In this document: positions 27,302-38,600 of the stretch, in pieces
How positions within the stretch are numbered: position 1 is the stretch's first letter
Layout: each line of letters begins with the position of its first letter
Program-made: the position numbers and the translations under genes
DNA from: Lingula anatina
Taxonomy: Eukaryota; Animalia; Brachiopoda
Reading direction: 5' to 3'
Assembly (NCBI GenBank): GCA_051362555.1
Contig: CM120640.1
Location: 4,526,001 to 4,590,000, forward strand
DNA length: 64,000 nucleotides
The notes under the pieces: generated by a model
Seen by the model: the letters and a program-made list of their open reading frames with translations, nothing else
Told to the model about the DNA's origin: nothing
Database searches by the model: none

Positions 27302-29621
27302 CTATACGCAAGGGTTCATAAAGAAACTGATGGTTAACTGGCAATCTAAAGTTCTGGTCTCAGAGTCAAAGAAATAAAAAACATGTACTTATCTGAGTTT
27401 TTTTCACATTTCTTCGGGCCTGCATGGATCACACTTTTTACACCTTTCACAACACAAAAATAGAAAACTTTCAGCTGATATTCTCTCCTAATCTTGCCAT
27501 CCTCATTTTTAAGTCCACAAGCCTTGATCTACACACCAAAGTGTATAGACCTCACACCTGCTGAACAAGAAAGAATGTTTTGTTATTCATGACAAATTTA
27601 TGAAGTACATGTATGTATACATGCACAGTTGCATAACAACCATTACCTTGTGGCAAAGACTTTACTAAATGGTTTGTTAAATAAGAATAGTTCTTTGTAT
27701 AAGATTCATATTTCACAATAAATACACTGTACTGTAAATGAAAATATAATAAATTCTTTTTAAACGCCAAAAGGATCGTTATGATAATTAGCTTGAATTC
27801 TGTGCTTGCCATCAGACCACATGACCTCCTCATTGATGGCTCTGTTATTAATGATAATCTGTTTAGAAATTGTTACAAAAAAAAAAAAAAAAAAAAAAAA
27901 AAACTTTTGATGTTGGGATGGATTCATTAACTATTGGTGAGAATGTAAATATTGTGTTTTTTTTTTTTTTTTTTGGGGGGGGGGGCCAAAATGAACACTT
28001 GATAGAATGGATCTGTTCAATGAAAAAAGGTGGTTAAGATCCAAATATCTTATCATAGGACCTGATCTGATAGTGGTGATTAATTAATGAGGTGTTAACT
28101 CCACAAGCTCACAGAAGCCAAAAGGAATATAGTAGCCAAATCAATTTGCACTTAATTAAATAAAGAATGTAAGTCTGACTTACCTGCAGTGACATAACTA
28201 CTGTACTCACTTGTCACATTTTTATCATTATCTCTACCAGCTAGCAGAGATCGCTAACTGGTTGTTAATAACTGTAATGGTTCACTGGCAATCTGAAGTC
28301 CTGGTCTCAGCGTTAAAGAAACATCACTTTTCTTACCTGAAATTTTTTTCACTCTTCACCCATTTCACAACACTAACAGAAAAATACAGAAAACTTACAG
28401 ATATGGCAATGGACATGCCCTATGCTATAGAGATCAACAGTTTCAAACAGGTTTATAATAAAATACACTGCAAGTTCCACATCCTTTAACTCTTTCGGTT
28501 AAGGATATATAAGGATATACAGTATATTTATTCCTAATTATAATCCAGAAATTTCATTATTTAACTTAGACTATTAGTCCCCTCCCTGCTGATAATTCGC
28601 AAAAAATAAATATATATTATCATGTTGCACACATTATTGTAGCTTTCTTTGGTTCTGGTTACTTAAGTCAAAGGTTTGCAGTTTAAATGATCTAATTGGA
28701 CTTTTAAACACGTGCATGATACAAGCAACTGTGTTTTTAAACAGAGCCTCGTTGTGGAATCCACCTTGAAAATGGCGACCTTGACCCGATTACTACCTCG
28801 AAGGGTGTATCACCAGAAAATTCAATAAAACTTCTTTCTGGTATAAAAGTAAGTTTATTTTTACTATGCAAAACCCAAGTGCGATCTCATAGAGGTTTGC
28901 CATGCGTCCATTTCGGTCCATTTCTGCCCATTTCGGTCCATTTCGGTCCATTTCTATCCATTTCGGTCCATTTCTATGTTTTAAAGGACCCGATTAAATG
29001 TTCAAAAGTGTACACTACTAATTTAGAAGTTAAGTGTGAGGCCTGATATTTATAAGTACCAGCTAGTACAGTAACTTAGATCTACTGGGTAGTCTATAAG
29101 TATGAGGCAAGCTTGAACTGTTCAAGTTTGGATGAAACTTCAAAATAGTGCTTGTACTTACCCGTAAAAATGCAAAATTTTAAAATGCTAATGGTATCTC
29201 CATGAGGTAGATGTTCTATAAATGAGGGGCAAATACAGCGAGGAACTGCATTCCTTGCTTCACTAACTTTCGGAATTGCTCTCTTCATGTGAGCCCAAAA
29301 TGGTTTTTTCTCCAAGCGTACTATTTCTTCTTTCTTAGATATCTTTTTTCTTAAATGAAAATTGCCTGAAAACCAAAGTGGACATATTTTATATATAATC
29401 ATAGACACGTATATCTATTTAGCAAAAATGAAGTTTAATTATCATGCATTTTAGCTGTTTTTAATTGGTAATGGTTTGGGTTTATGATACACCGGCGTCA
29501 GGTCAAGGTCATTGCATTTCCGCATTGGCTCAGATTACAATCGATGATCAGAATATGGTTCAACTCGTTTTTCAGAAAAGTTGAATCAAAAACTAAGTGG
29601 AGAAGTCTTATTATCGAAAAA

Positions 29622-32600
29622 ATGGATCTGAAAGGGCGTATAGTCATTTATACCATAACAGGTTGCCCTCACTGTTTACGCGCCAAGTCCAAATTACGAG
29701 AACTAGAACTGCCGTACACGGATGTCAATTTGGACAATTTTCCACAATGTAGAGAGCCACTCGCGGAGAGGACTGGCAAGAACACAGTTCCGCAGATCTT
29801 TTTTAACGCAACACATATTGGCGGCAATGATGATTTTCAAAAGCTTGTAAGTAATGATGCAAGGCCCGTTATTAAACTACCTGTATGTGCTCGATTTAAT
29901 GGCGTTGTGTGTGGTTCGTAGAGTGGAGAGGGAGGGGAGCAGACGATAGTCTTACTGCGGAACAGTAAGTAAGTCAGTATAGATGTAATTTGTGGTCTTC
30001 TTGACCAAACAGCCAGGCAGGTAAGATATGTGTCTAAATTTAGTGAATTTTATGCAGAATCTTGACAGCCGTGACGGAAAAATGATGAAAGTTATAATTA
30101 TAAAAATAGACTATAAATTATTAGTTTTTTTAAAAAAAACTGAGTATCATTTTATTTACAGGTACGTGAAGATTAGGGGTGTACCTAATTACCGTCGACA
30201 ACCGAGAACAATCGAACACTACCGAACACAAGCACTAATTACCGTCCACACAACAGTCTACAAGCAATAAATACCGCCCACAAGTGTCCTCCCATATGAA
30301 ATAGTTGTAAAATCAACTAATAGTTAGAAATTTAACACAAGATGGTGCTTTATTGAAAAAAAAAAAAAAAAAACGTCATGGACGCGGTCATGGACGCGGG
30401 TCTGCAGACGTTTTCAAACGGAGAACCACACTCAATTGTCACATTTGTCGCATTGAAAACTACGTTAAATGATGTTAACTGTTGTATTCTAGGCTTCCAA
30501 AATGCAAAAAGGGGAAAAAACGTTCATAAGTAGGCCCTATACAGTTATACATATGGCTAGGTTGCCTTTAGATTCAACAAGTGTTCAAGGTGACAGCCGA
30601 GCGTGCAGTGAACGGGCTCTGTACGTGTAAAAGCTACATTAGTGCACTGAATGCGGTTATTTCAAGCAATATCAGATGAGAAATAAAACAAATGTTTATT
30701 GACAATTCAGGTCTGACATATGTGCATAGCAATAGCATTAGTCGGTGTTACTTTTCTGTCAAAACCTCGATCATTTTCTAACATGTGAAAACTTAACAGT
30801 GCACTAATGTAGCTTATACACGTACAGAGACTGTTTTCGGCACGCTTGGCTGTCACGTTTAACGTTTATTTAATCTAAAGGCAACCTAGTTATAACAATT
30901 ATTATTACAAAAGTGAAAATCGTTTTACGTCGTTTTCAAAACGTCCACAGCCCCGCACCTGTGACCTCTTTCAGGGCCGTATACGTTTAAGCACCATCTT
31001 ATGTTAAATTTCTAACTATTAGTTGATTTTACAACTATTTCATATGGGAGGACACTTGTGGGCGGTATTTATTGCTTGTGGACTGTTGTGTGGACGGTAA
31101 TTAGTGCTTGTGTTCGGTTGTTCTCGGTTGTCCTCGGTTGTCGAGGGTAATTAGGTACACCGGAAGATTAGACTGTATTGATAATGAAGGTCCACTAACT
31201 GTCCATAAGATATTTGAGTAGCTCAGCAGCTGTGCCACATTTTGTGGACATATAGTCATTTGGAACAAAGAAAGCCATAATATGGTATAATATATGTACA
31301 ATGTAGTTGCTCTGTGTACATACTGGGGAACTTTTTTTAGACTGTATTATTTGGAGTGTACTTCTTGTGAAGAAAGAAAAAATGTACATATTCATCTACA
31401 TTGTACCACACAGGGTACATCTGTGTAACCCCCTTGATGAATACTTCCATAAATCTAGTTTTGTTTTCTGAGGCCAGCACACTTGTATAATATTTTTATA
31501 TAATATATTCATAACATGACTGTGATTAAGATAATAAGTCAAAGCAAACAAGGTGCATATGTTGCTACTCCTCCTCCCCCCCCCTCCCCTTTTTTCTGTC
31601 AGAAGATGCTAAAAAATGGAGGATGGATCAACAAAGATAATTAGGAAGACTGTCAGAAAATATCTCCATGTCCGCCCCTGTATAAAGTAAATGAGACTTT
31701 TAATTTCCATGCCCCTCTTTCTCCCCCTTCTCCCCCCCCCCCCCCAAAAAAAAAAAAAAAAAAAAGTCACATAAAAGGAAACTTGATTTTTCTTCAGGTA
31801 GAGGAAAGAGAAAATTTTGAAAAGCTTGTAGAAGATGTGAAGAACACCACCCCTCCCCCAGAGGCTCCAGTTCCACCAGACCCCAGCACTGCTGTGGAGC
31901 AAGATCAAGATAAAAGTAAAAAAGGTAACAAAACCCCAGGTTTGTGTGTCAAGGGAAGCTTTGTTTTCACAAAATGGAAAAAATTGCTTTGTTTGGATTA
32001 TTTGGAAAATGTAATAGAGAAATAAATGTCATAGGAATTTATCTGAGGTTTGGTGTTAAAATATTCATCTTGTCTAATGCAGCAATGAAAAATATGACAG
32101 AACTTCACTATGACGAAAAAAGGTGGAGGACAGGAGAAAGAGAATGTTAGGTTTGTGAGATTGTGGGAAGGATTAGGACTAATTTGCTTTACATTTACAT
32201 TTAATATGTTGCAATGGGGGACTGGCTTGTTTTTAATTTCAGAGAATTTTGATATGAGTAATATCTTTTATTTTCTTATTTAGATGAAAGCAGTGGTTTT
32301 TCATGTGAGCCTGATGAATATGCAAAACTTGTTAAAGAAATTAAGTCCAGTGATATTATACAGAACCACCGTGCTGGCTTGTTTACAGTCCACAAGAATT
32401 CTTTCAGTGGAAATGACTTGGTAGATTGGATTGTAAAGGCAAAGGCTATTGGTGGGTAATGGTCTCCAGCAGTTTTTATTGTTTTGCATTAACATCTAAC
32501 TTCAATAATAGAAGGATAATCATTGCTCTCTGGGCATACAGTTACCATGAGGTAATAGTTAGTGCTGATTAAAGATGGACTTGGTGGGGATGGCAAGAAA

Positions 32601-35600
32601 GGGGCCATATATATTCTGCCTCACACCCCTGCCTTCCTTACTGGTCTACTTCACTAAAAAAGAAGGAAAAAACTAGCTTTGTTAACAGCTGCAAGAAAAA
32701 TGTTTACAAATCACTTTGTCATTACAGTAATTTTACTTTTCATGGTTCTTTTATTCCCTGAAATTCTCAGTATTTTGTACATGTCATTCCTCCTCTTGAT
32801 GTAGCTCAGATTCTCTATTTGTTTGGTCTAATTTGTGTCAACGGGGGCGTCTCGATAGTCCGAAGGTTCATTGGTCCAAAGGTTCATTGGTCCGAAAAGT
32901 GGTAACATTTTCATCGATTTTTTAATCAAGGGTTCATTGGTCCGAAGGTTCTATAGTGAACATTCGGACCAATGAACCTTCGGACTATCGCTATGGCCCC
33001 GTGTCAACAGCCTCCCTTGTTTCAAGGTGCTGACCTTTTTTTCATGAACATCAGAATCACCTCTATTTATTAGCTAAGAAGGGATTTTCCGGTTAGTTTT
33101 GAAACTTGGGGTGGTGAACGACATTATTTCTCAAGGAATTTCTCTAATTTCCACTTTGATTTACTCTCCATGCTGTATTTTACATTATACAGATCGTAGC
33201 AAAGCCATTGAAATGGGCCAGCAGTTGGTAGACAGGCACTATGCTCATAGTTTGAGTAAACACCCAGAATTTTTGGATAACCCGAGCAGCTTCTACCGCC
33301 TGGTTGAAGATGAAGAGACCAGTGCACTGAATGTTGGTGCGGGGTCAGAGTGCTTGGCCAGGCCAGGTTAGACAACATGAGTTTTTTTTTTTTTTTTCTA
33401 TCTTTTTTCTATCTACAATAAAGTTTAAAACCTGAGCTGTTTAGGAAGGTGTGGAGAAAAATGAAAGAGCGGAGATTTCACACAAGCCCAACCCACATAA
33501 TGGTCGTTTCTTAATATAGGGCATACATGTAGGTTCTGATACAGTAGACGTGTCCCAACAGCCCTGGGCTTTTGAAATTAATAATATTGTCATTAAGGCA
33601 CCTACCATCAAACCCCAAATTAACAATAATCAGTTAACCATCAGACCAGATCTAAGAACCTTCTTTATGATGTCCAATATCAATTTAAATTTTTTGGATA
33701 AATGATAACTTACCAAAATCGAATATTACTTATTTTCATTGTGCATTCTGGCATTTTCTACTAGTTAAACCTTAAAATTGTATATGCAATTGTCATTGTC
33801 ATATTGGTTGCCATGTCAACAGTGACATGGTATTTGTTTACTATTTAACTTAAATTCCAAGTACCAAGAGTACCAAGTACCAAGAGTATTTCCCACTTCA
33901 TATTCAGTTAAAAAATTCATGATAATCTGTAAAAAAATAATTCAAACTGTTACCATAGCAACAGCTATCATAATGACGTTTTCCATAGCAACAGATACAT
34001 TAGAAGCAATTATTTTTGTTTTTAGTGATGGCACATTTTTCAGAATCATTTTCATCCAAAAGTAACCTTTGGGCAGTGATGCTGAAGCCTTAAGGTTGTA
34101 AAATAAAAAAAAACAAGGCAGCAAAGCTGTCAAATGTACAGACAAAAAGCAGGAAATAACTATGCATAAAATAGGCTACTGTCAATTCTGATGCAAAAGT
34201 ACATTATGTTAAACTGCAAATTAAACATCAAATTTTAATTATGCTCAACAGGTAATACCAATGTAAGTAAAATGTGTAACAAGCATAAGGCTTCAGGCCC
34301 ATGGCAGTTCAAGTTCACACTTTGAAAATGTATAACTTCCAGAAAAAGAAGCCAATTAGACTGCTTTTGCAACTCAGGCTGCATTTTAGTCCTGTATTTC
34401 TTTTTTGAACGTTTGGCAATCATCAGTAACATGGTTTTCCCATAATGGTCATCATGGCAGCAGCACCCAAAATTGTGTTTTCTTCTATTCTGATGCAATA
34501 TTACATAATGGTTAACAGCATAATGACCGTCAATTTTTAATAATAAAATATACTTTTCATGGATTTTCAGAAAATGTGACTAGCATGGGTCTTCAAGCCC
34601 ATGGAACTTCAAAGTCACACCTTGAAAATGCCAATATGTGAAAAATTAAATTTTCACAAAAAAAACTGTTTAACTAGCAGAAAGAATTACCAAACAGACT
34701 GCATTGCCTACTGAAGCTGTATTTTAGTCCCATGTTTCTTTCCTGTAAGTTTGAGAACAGTAAGTGACATGATTTTTCTTAAATGGTCATCATGGGAGCA
34801 GTGCCCAAAATATTTTTTTTCCAAATTTTGATGCAATATTACATAACGTTTAACAGCATAATGACCATCAATTTTTAATAATAAAATATTAGTATTATGG
34901 ATATTCAGAAAATGTGACTAGCAAAGGTCTTCAGGCCCATGGAACTTCAAAGTCACAACTTGAAAATGCCAAAATGTAAACAAGACAGCACTGTTCTGAA
35001 ATGTTTGTTTTTTTTTCATTTTTAACACTTTTTTAACATAAAACAAAATTAACAGTTTACTGCCATTTTTATATGATCAACTAAGAAAATTGATGAGATG
35101 GGAAAATATCAATAGAACAGTGTCAAATGTCCAATTTCCTCCATTCTGAGTTTCTGAACATAGTGAATGATTGAATCTTACAAACTGTAATGATATGAGT
35201 TTATTTCCATATTTGAAAATTTATTACACAATACACGATAACAAGTTTACCATCATTTTTACAAAATCAACTAACAATGTTGTAAAGATGCAGGAAATGT
35301 CAAACAAACACTTTGACTTATCTTATTAATTAAATAATGAAACTGTTAACATGCCTAAAAATTAAATCTGAGGAAATGTGAAACAAGACAGCACTATTCT
35401 GAAATGGGTTTATTTCCATTTTAAACACTTTTTTAACATAAAACAAAATTAACAGTTTACTGCCATTTTTTTATGATCAACTAAGAAAATTGATGAGATG
35501 TGAAAAATATCAATAGAACAGTGTCAAATGTCCAATTTCCTCCATTCTGAGTTTCTGAACATAGTGAATGATTGAATCTTACAAACTGCAATGATATGAG

Positions 35601-38600
35601 TTTATTTTCATTTTTGACACCTTATTACACAATACACGATTACAGGTTTACCATCATTTTTACGTAATCAACTAACAATGTTGTAAAGATGCAGGAAATG
35701 TCAAACAAACACTTTTACGTATCTTATTTAATTAAATAAAGAGACTGTTAACATGCCTAAGAATTGAATCTGAGGAAATGTGAAAAAACAGCATAACTTA
35801 TAAAATAATGGTCCGATTATGCTATTTTCGAACTTGACCTGCGTTTTAGTAAGATTGATTACTCCTTCGAGTTTCATGACAACAGGCCTATGGGTTTTCC
35901 TTGAAATGTGTTAACAGTTTTGCATATATGCTGAAAAGTGAAAAAACAGCATAACTTATAAAATAATGGTCCGATCATGCCGATTTTCGAACTTGACCTG
36001 TGTTTTAGTAAGATTGATTACTCCTGTGAGTTTCATGACAACAGGCCTATCAGTTTTCCTTGAAATGTGTTAACAGTGTTGCATATATGCTGAAAAGTGA
36101 AAAAAACAGCATAAATTCTACAATAATGGCCCGATCATGCTGATTTTCGAACTTGACCTGCGTTTTATGAATATTCATCAGCTCTGTAAATATAAAGCCA
36201 AAAGGTAAAACTGTCTTCCACTTATGGTGTTAACGTTGAAAGTGCTCGGCGACGGCGACGACAGACGCAGGTGATGGCAATATGTACAGACACATCTGTG
36301 TCTGTACATAAAAATAGTATTGATCGCTATTGATATTTAGCAACAGTTGCCATGGAAATAATGGATAAATTACAGAAAATTATATCTTGTCAGATTCTTC
36401 TTGGCATAGTGTAACTTTACAGAAAATTTCAAATGGATATTTTACCCCATTCAAAAGTTATGCCAATTTTGTTTAATTGTTTGGGCAATTAGGTGACACT
36501 TTTGGCTTCCACTGTTACCTATGCTTGCATACAAGACTTTTTCAAAATTTTGTGGCCGACTAGCATTCTTTTAATTTAAAACTTTTGATTGGCTTGCTTG
36601 ATTTTCAAAAAATAAAATGTTTTGGAAAGCTCATGAATTTCTCTGAGGTAAGATCATTTTGGCTGACATTTATGTTACTATCAAAGTTGACCTGACCTCC
36701 CTACTTCTAAACAATGAAGCTGAACAAGTGGCACCTCGCCAGCCTACTAACTTACGCTTAGCTGGAGGCCTAGCAGTTCGATTAGATCTACTATAATAAA
36801 CAAGTAGTTAAGTTGTTTTAGTAAAAAAAATTGCATCAGTATTTTTGTCACGAAGAATAAAGAAAATTAGACATCGCATAAAACTTGTTATTTTTCGAAC
36901 GCCATTCGTAGACAACATTGCACATAGAAACATTACTGGCTGTGGGAAGACGTATTTTTTTCTGAAAACGGTTTCGTGGTGGAGCTGCAAATTTCTGTTA
37001 CATTTTGTTCAATTTTTTAACTATGTTTGTTTTCGTATTGAAATGCCCAGGTCTCATCACTCTTCTCGTTGGATAATTGCTTTGGCGGTAGACGATAAAC
37101 AATGATAACATAGCAGATGTTTTATAGTCGCAAATGTACGAGGGACGATCAGTAACATTGTATCAAAATTGTCTGTGGCGGCTTCTCTGATCTAGGAAGT
37201 AGGATCAAGTTTGGCTCCATCCAGTCTGACATCGTTTTCAGCCAGACTGTCAATCAAAAGTGAAACATGAATTTGCTGCCACCACGCGCTGTCTCAGAGC
37301 AGATGGACCAATCAAGGCCCAGTCTCAGCACGTGGAGGAAACAACAAGTCGTTGTCATTTTCACAGAGAGGGTCATTTAGAGGGCTTCAACAGCAACAGA
37401 TAAGATCCACAATGGCATACGACCTGAATTCAAATTATTGCACCGACCCAAGGCTTCTCGATGTTGACTATATCTTGAACCTGCCGCGTTTCCAGGACTT
37501 GAATGGGTAAAACATTGCACTTCATCCGATTTTAATTGCGCATTACAATAATTTTTTGATAAGAATTTTGGTATAATTTTGCGGTTAACCTCGAGTCAGA
37601 TATAGTCTGGTAATTTGTGCATTTCTTGCATTGTGGATGTTTTCTTAAAGTGTTATATTTTGATTTTTTTAAGGGGTTTAGAAAATTTGCAGACTGGATT
37701 TCTGCCTTTCACCCCAATGACAGCAATCCCCCCTCAGGACAGCCTTGCAGTCGACGAAGTGCAAGAACTACTGCAATCAGTCCGTATTTCCGAGGAGACG
37801 GTGAATGGCAATACACCCTTGGCCAGACTTCTCAGGAAGAGAAGACACGGCAAGACCAAGACACCCACTCGCGTCTGCGTGTTTTGCAGAAACAATGGAG
37901 AAGAGCCCATAATCTACCGGTCTCACGTCCTACGAGACGGCTTTAGAGTTACCTGCCCAATTCTCAGGGCATACAAGTGTCCCCTGTGTGGAAAGACAGG
38001 GGACACTGCACACACTATCAAATACTGCGCCCTGTACAATGGTGAGGAAGTGAAAGTGAAGAATTGATAAGTGAAGAACTGATACGGACGAGAAAGATAG
38101 TGAACTGTTACTGCTGTCAGCAGCTGTACTAAACTGTGCGCAACATGTTTTTATTAACTCTTATTAGAGAACGTTTTTTTATTATGTCAAATCTAGCTTT
38201 GTTCTATATGGTTTGAAAGAGCAACACCTGCCCTTTCATATGATATAAAATGCAGGGGTTTACTATTAAATTTAATACTGAAAACGGGCCTTGATAATGA
38301 CCTTTTTGGCCCTGTTAACTTAGCAGGTTTTCATGTTTCGTGACTTGCTTGCTGTCGGTACCTAGAACTATTATATAAGCAGATGACTTCTGTGGGATTA
38401 TCTTAAGTAATCTGTTACTTCCCCCTTGAGATCTGTTGATTGTAAATTCTTTTACAAAGGGAGGGGAGTATTATGGTGAAGTCTGTGCAGCTGCACACAT
38501 TGTCTGGAAAAGAAGCAAGTGGTTCAAGTTCCAGATAAAAGTTTCATTGTACATTTTAAGTATTTTTCTTGACAGTAAACGTTTTAATATTGCTTTGGAA

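Larger units (their letters stand above)
23139..28992. mobile_element. ~5.85-kb element bounded by ~245-bp near-identical inverted repeats (foldback/MULE-like), non-autonomous
   Basis: 23140-23383 vs reverse complement of ~28745-28990 differ by about one substitution and one 2-nt indel; both contain 10-bp AAATGGACCG subrepeats. No TSD and no transposase ORF seen. Confidence 0.65.

Noticed and set aside
29484-29621. 46-aa N-terminal extension of the glutaredoxin ORF
   Set aside because: Lies across the CCAAT/promoter zone; ATG 29622 (aaaATGg) starts at the domain boundary. Not excluded, but unsupported.
37267-37380. 37-codon ORF upstream of nanos as a regulatory uORF
   Set aside because: It overlaps the CCAAT and E-box motifs, so it probably lies upstream of the TSS; unsupported without 5'-end data.
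38054-38083. 15-bp tandem duplication across the nanos stop codon as a readthrough signal
   Set aside because: TGA is followed immediately by TAA; a simple slippage duplication is sufficient.
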